NCBI GenBank assembly: GCA_004764695.1
Contig: SMSO01000034.1
Location: 1,736,001 to 1,800,000 of the forward strand
Source: Schizochytrium sp. TIO01
Taxonomy: Eukaryota; Protista; Bigyra: Labyrinthulomycetes
DNA length: 64,000 nucleotides
Direction of reading: 5' to 3'
A model generated the notes under the pieces. That model searched no databases. It saw only the letters and a list, made by a program, of their open reading frames with translations, and was not told the DNA's origin. Positions 46,607 to 56,882 of this stretch are shown piece by piece. Within the stretch, counting starts at the first letter, position 1, and each line of letters opens with the position of its first letter. The position numbers were made by a program, and so were the translations under genes.

Positions 46607-49600
46607 ATGGCATTTGTAAAGAATGGCGGCGAAAGCAGAAACTTGGGCAAGAGTATGAATAACAACGATATAGATATGCTCGAAGCCGAAGCCATGCGGG
46701 TTCTGCAACGCATTCGCTCTATTCCCAAGACACCAATTACTCCAACCAAGAACATGAGAAAGAACGGTCATAACATTACAGGATACGTGACTGAGGCCCG
46801 GGAGGAGGCAACAAGTGCGTTATCTCGTGTCAAGATGGGTCTTGATGCAGAGGATGCTATTGCTGTAAAAGCACGCTTAGATAGGGTTCCTGACTCGGCA
46901 TATAATATACCTTTGCGGCCAGAACTGAATGAAGAACATGTTGCACGTATGCGAGATTTGAAAACATGGGCAAAAGGTCGTGCAGAACAGATTGATGACC
47001 TTATCGATGTAGCTGTGAATGCAGCGAAAAATGGTGTTGCTCCGTTGACTGGAGTTCGCTACGGCTCAGCTCTCCTCACACGGGGTGGCTTTGTCTACAG
47101 TGGGTGTAATGTTGAAAGCAATGAGACGACATTGAGCACAAGTGCAGAAAAAATGGCTATCTTGAAGGCAATCAGTGGTGGCGAATCTGAGTTCGAGTGC
47201 ATCGTGATTACCTGGGATCAAACAGAGAGTCAAAGATTTCCTTTGCCAAGTGGCTCATCGCGACAGTATATGGCGGAATTTGGAGATTTTGAAGTTATTC
47301 TTGTGCGCGCAGATCCTGCTCGCACGCGTAAAGAAATGAGCACATATGAATTACTTCCGCAGATGCCTGAAACTGCTCGCATTGAGAACGTACCCGAAAC
47401 AAATGATCAACAGTGGGGAACCAAGCTCGAAATATCAAGCCCACGACCAATGTCCCCAAGACGAATTCGTATGGAGAATCAATTCCAGAGAAGTCAGTCA
47501 CCGTCCCTCTCTACTTCTCGGTTCCGCTCACCTGTGGCGAATCATGTAAGAAGAGAATCTCTTCCAGACATGCATAGCACTCCAGTTCGCGAATGGGGCG
47601 TGCGACATGTTCTAGAATGGCTCGACAAAGAGTGTGATTTGCCTTCATATAAATACAACTTTCAAGAGGCAAGTGTAAATGGTGCAATTTTACTGCAGCT
47701 TGCTCCACAAGATATGCAGGAGTTGTTGGGTGTTCATCACCCGTTGCACTTGATCAAACTACAAAAAGGCTTGGAAACACTACGACGACGAGAGGTGTTC
47801 GAGGCTGGGGTTGAGGAAAATGATATGTCTGGAGTGGTAGAGGCTTTACAAGAGAACGAAATCGTACTTGTGGCCCGCTTGAAAGAAGCTTATGATCAAG
47901 CAAATGTGGAGAAAAAGGAGATGTGCAACGCTTCTGAGCTTCTAGTTGCATTGCGCGCATTGGGCTATCAAGCGAACATTGAGGATATTAACGAATGGAT
48001 CAAGACCTTTCGACGCGATGATCAGCAAACCGGCCTTTCTTTCCTTCAATTTGCGCAAGCTTTTCTTGCTGCGTCTCGAGGAAAGACTGTGGAACTCGGC
48101 TTAGGCTCCTCTAGTCCTCGGAGTGATGCTGGTACACCACGCAATGCAAGGCTTATTCGTCGTCAAGATGGTCATGTTCATTGTCGCGAAAACAAAAAAT
48201 ATGAGACATGGCTTCAACAGCAACAGGCGCAGTCTGCGCAGCAAACCTTAGGAGGAACAGACATTTCAACGGGGTCAAAATCCCCTCGAAATGAACTTGC
48301 TCTCTGGCTTTGTGGGGAAGAAGATTTGCAGCATGCAAACCGGGTCAAGTCATTTATGCGTTTGCGGAAACGGCCTTCAACAGCTTTGAAAATCTCCCAG
48401 GAAGTAAGTGCAGAAGATTTTGCTCGATTAAAACGCATCTTTGATCGTGCGGATCGTGACCGAGCTGGGGAGCTCACACGCCATGAAGCTGCACGAGCAC
48501 TTTCACATACTGGTATGAAAATCTCAGCTATTGAATTGGGACAATACTTACGTCTACAAGGTTTAGACAGTGCTACACCAATGGATATGTTTGAGTTTGC
48601 GCGGGCATTTGCGTATTTTGTGAAGCAGAGAGATATTCAACTCACCAAAGCTGGATCTGCCCCAGATATTCCAAAGGCAGACTTGACGTTGTCTGAAAAT
48701 ACCATTGAAATGGCCGGGGCTCAGAAGCAGCGCTGGCCAGCAGCATATGACCCAACAGGGTTTTTACTGAAAGCAAAAAAACACAAACGTCGTCGCAAAG
48801 CTGCTGGACGCCATTCAAAACGGGATTCTAAGAAGTCTGGTTCGAAATCAACACGCCGCCAAAAATATAAAGTGCGCGCTGAAAGCAGTTCTAGCAGTTC
48901 AACATCTTCTTCATGGTCCGATTCAGGAGAAAGTTTTGATAGTAGCGATTCATCAGATTCAGACCTATCAGAGAGTTCTAGTGGTTCCTCTTCTTTGAGT
49001 ACTTCTTCTGCAAGCTCAGATGATAGCAGGTCCTCATCATCATCATCCTATACATCATCCTCATCAACAGAATCTGACTCGAGTGTGTCCGAAGATGGTC
49101 ATCGGGGGCGCTCTAAGCGCCGATCTAATAGAACCAAGAAGCCTGTCAAAGCTACGCGCTCAAACAGTAAGAAGCAAAAGACAGTTATTATGGGCAGTCA
49201 CGTTATCCGTAAAGTGGAAAGGGCTTTTCAAAGTCATCAAAAGAGTGGTAGCCGTGGTCAACTACCGATGAATGCAATATTGAATGCGTTTAAGTCAATT
49301 CCTCGTAGTGGGCGGAGCAAATCTTTGCCCACAGCAAGTGAAATTAAAGATTACTTTCACAAGGAGGACATTTATTATTACGTGACTCGCAAACAGTTTG
49401 TTCGTGCCTATTCCGTTTTATGTTATGATGTAGTTGATGAGGATTATGTGGAGAAAAAGCAATCGAATCGAAGTCGAAGCCGTAGCCGTAGCCGTAGCCG
49501 TCGCCGAGACGCAAGTTCAAGTGAATCTGGTTCTGAGAATGAACCTGAGTCCGGCAGGCGCTGGAGTAGGGGAGACATTGTAGAAGCACGCAGTCGAGGA

Positions 49601-52600
49601 GGGTCAAAGTGGCGTCGCGCAGAAGTGACTCGTGTCAATTCTGATGAAAGTCTTAATCTTCTTTTTGATGATGGAGCGACAGAAAAGTATGTTCGTTCGT
49701 CACTAGTCCGCAAGTACAAGCGAAGGGGTAAACGTTCGGATATTGAGCGATTAGTTTCTGATTCTGAGGGCGATGAGCATTCGCGTAGTCGTAGCAGGCG
49801 CCCTCAAAAAGATGATTTCCAGCGAGGAGACCGCGTTGCAGCACGTTTTCGAGGTGGTTCAAAGTATTACAAGGGTAAAATTGCCCGTGTCAACAGAGAT
49901 GGTACCTATGATATTCAGTTCGACGATGGAGATCATGAGCAAGGGATAAAGCGTTCCTCCATCAAGGGTGATAATAACCAGCATGAAGCTGAGAGTCCTG
50001 CTTCAGATGACTTTCAAGCCGGAGATAAGGTCGAAGCTCGCTTCAAAGATGGATCGAAATGGTACAAGGGGAAGATTACACGCGAAAACAGTGATGGAAC
50101 TTTTGCAATTGACTACGATGATGGTGATCGCGAATCTCGGGTACATAAATCTAAAATCCGTGCTGTTGATGGTGCATCTCGACGAAAAGGAAAATACTCT
50201 GCAACTATTGGAGACCGTGTAACAGCGAAGTTTCGAAACGGATCCAAATGGTATAAAGGTAAAATTTCGAAGATCCACGATGATGGCACTTATGATATTG
50301 CTTATGATGATGGCGATTACGAGAAAAACGTCCCAAGCGAGAGAATTAAATTTCCCGAGCAGAGTGGTCAAGATGATCAAGTAGATGGCAATGACTCGTT
50401 TCATGAAGGTGATCATGTTGAAGCCCAATTTAAGGGCGGTAGCAAGTATTACAGAGGCAAAGTTACACGTGTCTATCGTGACGGTAGCTGTGATATTGAC
50501 TATGATGATGGTGATAAGGAACGACGTGTGGCGTCTAGTAAAATACGAAAGCTTCGGGGTAGTGCGAGCCGCAGCCTTCGCAGACGCCAGGATGATGATG
50601 GATCTGATTCAGAAGGCAAAGCCTTACGAGAAGGTGATCGTGTAGAAGCGCGTTATAAAGGCGGAAGCAAATACTACAAGGGAAAGATCTCACGCGTCAA
50701 TGCGGATGGATCTTACAATATCGCCTATGATGATGGTGACCAGGAACGACGTGTGGCTCCGAGCAAAGTACGCAAACTCGCAGGAAGTAGCCGAAGTCCT
50801 CGGCGACATCGTGATGATGATGCTTCAGATACTGAAGGTGGGCCGTTGCGCGAAGGAGATCGTGTCGAGGCGCTATTTAAAGGTGGCAGCAAATACTACA
50901 AAGGCAAGATTGCGCGTGTCAACATGGACGGAAGCTACAACATTGACTACGATGATGGTGACCAGGAACGTCGCGTGGCACCTAGCAAGGTCCGAAAGCT
51001 TGGTGGTAGTGGTGGCAGTCGTAGTCCTCGTCGTACTGTGGTTGCTGATACCTCGGAAACAGAATCAGAGTCTCTTCGCGAAGGTGATCGTGTTGAAGCT
51101 TTATTCAAAGGCGGCAAAAAGTATTACAAGGGCAAAATTGCACGTGTCAATATGGATGGAAGCTACAACATTGACTACGATGATGGCGACCAGGAACGTC
51201 GCGTGGCACCTAGCAAGGTCCGAAAGCTTGGTGGTAGTGGTGGCAGTCGTAGTCCTCGCCGGACGCAAACTGCTGATACATCTGAAACCGAATCCGAGGC
51301 TCTTCGTGAAGGTGATCGTGTTGAAGCCCTCTTCAAAGGCGGCAAAAAGTATTACAAGGGCAAAATTGTTCGTGTCAATATGGACGGGAGCTACAACATT
51401 GACTACGATGACGGCGACAAAGAACGTCGCGTGGCTCCAAGCAAGGTACGGAAGCTTGGAGGAGGTAGTGGAGGCGGCAGCCGTAGCCGTAGCCCAAGTT
51501 CTCGACATCGTCAGACAGTGGAGACATCAGAGACTGAAAGTGAAGGATTTCAAGAAGGTGACCGCGTTGAAGCACGCTTCAAAGGTGGCAGCAAATACTT
51601 CAAAGGTCGCATCACACGAGTCTATCGTGACGGAAGCTGTGATATTGACTATGATGATGGCGACAAGGAGCGCCGTGTGGCTCCAAGCAAGATTCGCAAG
51701 GCTGCTGGTGGTGGTGGTGGTGGTGGTAGTCGTAGTCCACGTCGTGCACAGATGGCAGAGACTTCGGAGACAGAGACTGATGGACTCCGGGAAGGTGATC
51801 GTGTAGAAGCGCGTTATAAAGGCGGAAGCAAATACTACAAGGGAAAGATCTCACGCGTCAATGCGGATGGATCTTACAATATCGCCTATGATGATGGTGA
51901 CCAGGAACGACGTGTGGCTCCGAGCAAAGTACGCAAACTCGCAGGAAGTAGCCGAAGTCCTCGGCGACATCGTGAAGATGATGCTTCAGATACTGAAAGT
52001 GGTCCGTTGCGTGAAGGAGATCGTGTCGAGGCACTATTTAAAGGTGGCAGCAAATACTACAAAGGCAAGATTGCGCGTGTCAACATGGACGGAAGCTACA
52101 ACATTGACTACGATGATGGTGACCAGGAACGTCGCGTGGCACCTAGCAAGGTCCGAAAGCTTGGTGGTAGTGGTGGCAGTCGTAGTCCTCGTCGCACTGT
52201 GGTTGCTGATACCTCGGAAACAGAATCAGAGTCTCTTCGCGAAGGTGATCGTGTTGAAGCTTTATTCAAAGGCGGCAAAAAGTATTACAAGGGCAAAATT
52301 GCACGTGTCAATATGGATGGAAGCTACAACATTGACTACGATGATGGCGACCAGGAACGTCGCGTGGCTCCAAGCAAGGTCCGAAAGCTTGGTGGTAGTG
52401 GTGGCAGTCGTAGTCCTCGCCGGACGCAAACTGCTGATACATCTGAAACCGAATCCGAGGCTCTTCGTGAAGGTGATCGTGTTGAAGCCCTCTTCAAAGG
52501 CGGCAAAAAGTATTACAAGGGCAAAATTGTTCGTGTCAATATGGACGGGAGCTACAACATTGACTACGATGACGGCGACAAAGAACGTCGCGTGGCTCCA

Positions 52601-54793
52601 AGCAAGGTACGGAAACTTGGAGGAGGTAGTGGAGGCGGCAGCCGTAGCCGTAGCCCAAGTTCTCGACATCGTCAGACAGTGGAGACATCAGAGACTGAAA
52701 GTGAAGGATTTCAAGAAGGCGACCGCGTTGAAGCACGCTTCAAAGGTGGCAGCAAATACTTCAAAGGTCGCATCACACGAGTCTATCGTGACGGAAGCTG
52801 TGATATTGACTATGATGATGGCGACAAGGAGCGCCGTGTGGCTCCAAGCAAGATTCGCAAGGCTGGTGGTGGTGGTGGTGGTGGTGGTAGTCGTAGTCCA
52901 CGTCGTACACAGATGGCAGAGACTTCGGAGACAGAGACTGATGGACTCCGGGAAGGTGATCGTGTAGAAGCGCGTTATAAAGGCGGAAGCAAATACTACA
53001 AGGGAAAGATCTCACGCGTCAATGCGGATGGATCTTACAATATCGCCTATGATGATGGTGACCAGGAACGACGTGTGGCTCCGAGCAAAGTACGCAAACT
53101 CGCAGGAAGTAGCCGAAGTCCTCGGCGACATCGTGATGATGATGCTTCAGATACTGAAGGTGGGCCGTTGCGCGAAGGAGATCGTGTCGAGGCGCTATTT
53201 AAAGGTGGCAGCAAATACTACAAAGGCAAGATTGCGCGTGTCAACATGGACGGAAGCTACAACATTGACTACGATGATGGTGACCAGGAACGTCGCGTGG
53301 CACCTAGCAAGGTCCGAAAGCTTGGTGGTAGTGGTGGCAGTCGTAGTCCTCGTCGTACTGTGGTTGCTGATACCTCGGAAACAGAATCAGAGTCTCTTCG
53401 CGAAGGTGATCGTGTTGAAGCTTTATTCAAAGGCGGCAAAAAGTATTACAAGGGCAAAATTGCACGTGTCAATATGGATGGAAGCTACAACATTGACTAC
53501 GATGATGGCGACCAGGAACGTCGCGTGGCACCTAGCAAGGTCCGAAAGCTTGGTGGTAGTGGTGGCAGTCGTAGTCCTCGCCGGACGCAAACTGCTGATA
53601 CATCTGAAACCGAATCCGAGGCTCTTCGTGAAGGTGATCGTGTTGAAGCCCTCTTCAAAGGCGGCAAAAAGTATTACAAGGGCAAAATTGTTCGTGTCAA
53701 TATGGACGGGAGCTACAACATTGACTACGATGACGGCGACAAAGAACGTCGCGTGGCTCCAAGCAAGGTACGGAAGCTTGGAGGAGGTAGTGGAGGCGGC
53801 AGCCGTAGCCGTAGCCCAAGTTCTCGACATCGTCAGACAGTGGAGACATCAGAGACTGAAAGTGAAGGATTTCAAGAAGGTGACCGCGTTGAAGCACGCT
53901 TCAAAGGTGGCAGCAAATACTTCAAAGGTCGCATCACACGAGTCTATCGTGACGGAAGCTGTGATATTGACTATGATGATGGCGACAAGGAGCGCCGTGT
54001 GGCTCCAAGCAAGATTCGCAAGGCTGCTGGTGGTGGTGGTGGTGGTGGTAGTCGTAGTCCACGTCGTGCACAGATGGCAGAGACTTCGGAGACAGAGACT
54101 GATGGACTCCGGGAAGGTGATCGTGTAGAAGCGCGTTATAAAGGCGGAAGCAAATACTACAAGGGAAAGATCTCACGCATCAATGCGGATGGCTCTTACA
54201 ATATCGCCTATGATGATGGTGACCAGGAACGACGTGTGGCTCCGAGCAAAGTACGCAAGCTGGGTGGCGAAGGTAGGAGTCGCAGCCCAAGAAGAGGTCC
54301 AGCAGACTCAGAAACTGATGACGCCGGTGGCTTACGTGAAGGTGATGCTGTTGAAGCCAAGTTTCGGGGCGGCTCAAAATGGTACAAGGGAAAGATCAGT
54401 CGTGTCAATGCGAATGGTAGCTATGACATTGACTACGATGATGGTGACCGTGAGCGTCGTGTCGATCCTGGGATTGTTCGAAAGTATAATACGAGAATGG
54501 GCTCATCCCCTCGACGCCCAATTGAGGATGCTGACTTACGCGTTGGAGATCGCGTGGAAGCGAGGTTTCGAGGTCAGAATAGATGGTACCCAGGGTCTGT
54601 TTCAAGCATTAATCGGAACGGTACATATGATATTGCCTATGATGATGGTGATTCTGATCAAGGGCTAGAGCGATCTTTTGTTCGCAAAGAAGGTGCTTCA
54701 AGGCCCTCTGCTGGACGCACCGTGCAAACTCGCACAAGCTTTTCAAGGGATGATTCTAGCGTAAGACGTCCACGGACTAGATTTATTGATTAA
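46607..54793 (+). CDS. 2728-aa protein: cytidine-deaminase-fold (Zn ligands lost), SAM, EF-hand pairs, Ser-rich region, 23 Tudor/Agenet-like repeats with RS-rich linkers
   Basis: Deaminase motifs GSALLT..G.VYSGCNVE..SAE..AI.KAIS.G...F. SAM WGVRHVLEWL...NGAILL.L. EF-hand FDRADRDRAGEL. Tudor repeats GDRVEA.(F/Y)KGG.KYYKGKI.RVN.DGSY.I.YDDGD.E. First ATG is at 46607. Confidence 0.93.
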   Translation: MAFVKNGGESRNLGKSMNNNDIDMLEAEAMRVLQRIRSIPKTPITPTKNMRKNGHNITGYVTEAREEATSALSRVKMGLDAEDAIAVKARLDRVPDSAYNIPLRPELNEEHVARMRDLKTWAKGRAEQIDDLIDVAVNAAKNGVAPLTGVRYGSALLTRGGFVYSGCNVESNETTLSTSAEKMAILKAISGGESEFECIVITWDQTESQRFPLPSGSSRQYMAEFGDFEVILVRADPARTRKEMSTYELLPQMPETARIENVPETNDQQWGTKLEISSPRPMSPRRIRMENQFQRSQSPSLSTSRFRSPVANHVRRESLPDMHSTPVREWGVRHVLEWLDKECDLPSYKYNFQEASVNGAILLQLAPQDMQELLGVHHPLHLIKLQKGLETLRRREVFEAGVEENDMSGVVEALQENEIVLVARLKEAYDQANVEKKEMCNASELLVALRALGYQANIEDINEWIKTFRRDDQQTGLSFLQFAQAFLAASRGKTVELGLGSSSPRSDAGTPRNARLIRRQDGHVHCRENKKYETWLQQQQAQSAQQTLGGTDISTGSKSPRNELALWLCGEEDLQHANRVKSFMRLRKRPSTALKISQEVSAEDFARLKRIFDRADRDRAGELTRHEAARALSHTGMKISAIELGQYLRLQGLDSATPMDMFEFARAFAYFVKQRDIQLTKAGSAPDIPKADLTLSENTIEMAGAQKQRWPAAYDPTGFLLKAKKHKRRRKAAGRHSKRDSKKSGSKSTRRQKYKVRAESSSSSSTSSSWSDSGESFDSSDSSDSDLSESSSGSSSLSTSSASSDDSRSSSSSSYTSSSSTESDSSVSEDGHRGRSKRRSNRTKKPVKATRSNSKKQKTVIMGSHVIRKVERAFQSHQKSGSRGQLPMNAILNAFKSIPRSGRSKSLPTASEIKDYFHKEDIYYYVTRKQFVRAYSVLCYDVVDEDYVEKKQSNRSRSRSRSRSRRRDASSSESGSENEPESGRRWSRGDIVEARSRGGSKWRRAEVTRVNSDESLNLLFDDGATEKYVRSSLVRKYKRRGKRSDIERLVSDSEGDEHSRSRSRRPQKDDFQRGDRVAARFRGGSKYYKGKIARVNRDGTYDIQFDDGDHEQGIKRSSIKGDNNQHEAESPASDDFQAGDKVEARFKDGSKWYKGKITRENSDGTFAIDYDDGDRESRVHKSKIRAVDGASRRKGKYSATIGDRVTAKFRNGSKWYKGKISKIHDDGTYDIAYDDGDYEKNVPSERIKFPEQSGQDDQVDGNDSFHEGDHVEAQFKGGSKYYRGKVTRVYRDGSCDIDYDDGDKERRVASSKIRKLRGSASRSLRRRQDDDGSDSEGKALREGDRVEARYKGGSKYYKGKISRVNADGSYNIAYDDGDQERRVAPSKVRKLAGSSRSPRRHRDDDASDTEGGPLREGDRVEALFKGGSKYYKGKIARVNMDGSYNIDYDDGDQERRVAPSKVRKLGGSGGSRSPRRTVVADTSETESESLREGDRVEALFKGGKKYYKGKIARVNMDGSYNIDYDDGDQERRVAPSKVRKLGGSGGSRSPRRTQTADTSETESEALREGDRVEALFKGGKKYYKGKIVRVNMDGSYNIDYDDGDKERRVAPSKVRKLGGGSGGGSRSRSPSSRHRQTVETSETESEGFQEGDRVEARFKGGSKYFKGRITRVYRDGSCDIDYDDGDKERRVAPSKIRKAAGGGGGGGSRSPRRAQMAETSETETDGLREGDRVEARYKGGSKYYKGKISRVNADGSYNIAYDDGDQERRVAPSKVRKLAGSSRSPRRHREDDASDTESGPLREGDRVEALFKGGSKYYKGKIARVNMDGSYNIDYDDGDQERRVAPSKVRKLGGSGGSRSPRRTVVADTSETESESLREGDRVEALFKGGKKYYKGKIARVNMDGSYNIDYDDGDQERRVAPSKVRKLGGSGGSRSPRRTQTADTSETESEALREGDRVEALFKGGKKYYKGKIVRVNMDGSYNIDYDDGDKERRVAPSKVRKLGGGSGGGSRSRSPSSRHRQTVETSETESEGFQEGDRVEARFKGGSKYFKGRITRVYRDGSCDIDYDDGDKERRVAPSKIRKAGGGGGGGGSRSPRRTQMAETSETETDGLREGDRVEARYKGGSKYYKGKISRVNADGSYNIAYDDGDQERRVAPSKVRKLAGSSRSPRRHRDDDASDTEGGPLREGDRVEALFKGGSKYYKGKIARVNMDGSYNIDYDDGDQERRVAPSKVRKLGGSGGSRSPRRTVVADTSETESESLREGDRVEALFKGGKKYYKGKIARVNMDGSYNIDYDDGDQERRVAPSKVRKLGGSGGSRSPRRTQTADTSETESEALREGDRVEALFKGGKKYYKGKIVRVNMDGSYNIDYDDGDKERRVAPSKVRKLGGGSGGGSRSRSPSSRHRQTVETSETESEGFQEGDRVEARFKGGSKYFKGRITRVYRDGSCDIDYDDGDKERRVAPSKIRKAAGGGGGGGSRSPRRAQMAETSETETDGLREGDRVEARYKGGSKYYKGKISRINADGSYNIAYDDGDQERRVAPSKVRKLGGEGRSRSPRRGPADSETDDAGGLREGDAVEAKFRGGSKWYKGKISRVNANGSYDIDYDDGDRERRVDPGIVRKYNTRMGSSPRRPIEDADLRVGDRVEARFRGQNRWYPGSVSSINRNGTYDIAYDDGDSDQGLERSFVRKEGASRPSAGRTVQTRTSFSRDDSSVRRPRTRFID
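50625..54260 (+). repeat. Coding higher-order tandem repeat: 1161-bp unit (387 aa, 5 Tudor domains) x ~3.1
   Basis: Equivalent positions recur at 50700, 51861, 53022 and 54183, an exact 1161-bp period, with near-identical DNA. Confidence 0.95.
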
Positions 54794-54914
54794 TAAAACG
54801 GTATAACAATTTTTGATGTACTAATTCTATTGCACTTATCTCTAAAAACGTTGATATAAAATCACCAAGACTACAAGATTGAGAAGCACTTTTCACGATG
54901 TAATTTATTGAGTA

Positions 54915-55199
54915 TCAGCATACTTGCTCCACAGAAATTTGAGTTTGCACCTCACGACCATCCTCGAAAGTGATGGTAGCTTCAACATCGGACACATCAT
55001 TGCCAAAGTGGAGGCCTCGTGCCATGTATCGAGGCTGTGATCCTGCTTCTCCCTCATTTTGGACCTCGACTGTCTGATCATCCCCAATTTTCAGTGTTTT
55101 AGGAACGCCTTGTTCGCTCTCCATCTCAAAGATAACATAGTCGCGCTTGGATGCCTCGCCGATCGTCGGCATGCGGTTCTGGATACCGGACAACTTCAT
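54915..55199 (-). CDS. Small hypothetical protein (94 aa), convergent with the Tudor gene
   Basis: ATG start, protein-like acidic and beta-strand-rich composition, C-ending codon bias, AT-rich flanks. No recognisable family. Confidence 0.55.
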   Translation of the reverse strand: MKLSGIQNRMPTIGEASKRDYVIFEMESEQGVPKTLKIGDDQTVEVQNEGEAGSQPRYMARGLHFGNDVSDVEATITFEDGREVQTQISVEQVC

Positions 55200-56882
55200 T
55201 CTGGGAGTTACTGTGAGCTATTTATTTTTACTGGGTTGAGCAATCCGAGGTCGCGGTGCTGCAACTAGCTGACGCTCTCCTATTGGTTCGTTCTGTTGTT
55301 TCTGGTGGTAAGATCGGGTTTTGCTTATGGGCAGAGTTGAGGGAGAAGATTTTTACTAAAAGGACAAAAACCTTAAAAACTACGTTTATTGCTATGTTTT
55401 CGCCTAAGCTTGTCCGGCGTAACTACTACCGTAACTACTAAAATAGCTACTAGCATATGCTGGTATCGGCTACTACCTCGGCATGTACAACTACTAATAA
55501 TGTCGTTTTAGTGGGTTCCCAGAATAGTATTTGCTGCTCTGTTGAGTTCATCCAATGGAAAATTCTTGCATGCACTTGGGAACCAAACCTACTCCCTGTA
55601 CCCTGGGTATGTGAGAGGAACTTCATGACAGGGGTAACTCGCGTGATCGGTTCTACGAACAGAAGCTCGTTCTGAGTACAAGCACAGGCTGATAGTTGTT
55701 GCTCCTTCATATATGACTCGCCCGAAAGGGATATGAAGTTTCGCAACGCTAGATGTGCGCGCATTATATGTGCCAAGCACACAAAAAGAAACATTCGCGC
55801 CATGTGATAGATCATCGTTTTAGTTTACTACTACTTCTGTGATGAAGCCAATCTACTTTCCGCATACGAGGATCTATCTGTTGCAGCGTTGTCCAGCATC
55901 ATCATTGAATTTGATCAAAGCCATACCTAATTAGTAGAGGTGAGACTGTTATTCTAACATTTCTCAGGCAGAAATCTTGAGATGGGTACCTTCTAGGAGC
56001 CATCAAGAAGAACCACTACCTATCTACTTTGGTGAGCAAAGAAGTCAGTCCGAGAGCTGTGTGATACTCATTTTCTGTTTGTTTCCGCATCTCCAAAAAT
56101 GATTGAATTAAGCCAGAAATTGAAATAATGACTCATACCCGGACTTGGATGTACAACTTTTTATAAATCAAGTTTATAGAGTCCCTTAGTTTTCATAGGC
56201 GTTTGACAGCTGAGCTTGATCGGGTTTCTGATTTGATTTTTTCTCAGAAGAATTGCTAATGGGCGAATGCAGCAGTTAACCAAAGTAACAATGGCTCACT
56301 GCATGATATATTATTTAAAGTTGAATCGTGTCTCATTGAAAGAAATTTGATTTCTGGAAAGGGCTTGCAGAAATGGATTTTATGACTACTAGTAGCAACT
56401 TATGTCAACAAAATGGAAATTCTCACTGAGTGTAGGTGAGTCTGCGGGTAAGGCACTGTTCAGCGACGAACGCCACAAAAGGTCACTGCAACCACGAGTT
56501 AGTGTCTTTCCCTTTCCACACCTACCAGTAGCATAGTTTTAATTAAAGCAATTTAACTCCGAGGGAGTGCACCCGTCAGGCTTGACGCTAATTGAAATAT
56601 AGCTACACATAGGTAGCGGTATTTACTACCTACGGGTAGCTAGCTACTAGCGCTGTGAAAGTGGACCATGAAATGGACGAAGGGGTGTGTAAAGGTAGCA
56701 AGCACATGAACTTACAGACACGTGGGTCCGTCGATGATTGTGTTAATTTACAAAAAGCTAACCTAATAGTAAGAGTATGGTGTCGAAGGCCCGGCCCAAA
56801 ACTCACGACTACAGCAGTAGCATCGTTTTGAACGAAAGAAGGCAAGCAAATGCTCAAATCGAGGTGAGCCACTCTTCTGACA

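Noticed and set aside
50625-54260. Repeat-spacer-like regularity suggesting a CRISPR array
   Set aside because: The repeats are in-frame protein domains, the linkers themselves repeat, no cas genes are present, and the context is eukaryotic.
50700-54668. Three 368-aa alternative-frame ORFs and antisense ORFs in the Tudor array
   Set aside because: By-products of the repeated coding unit, with no independent evidence.
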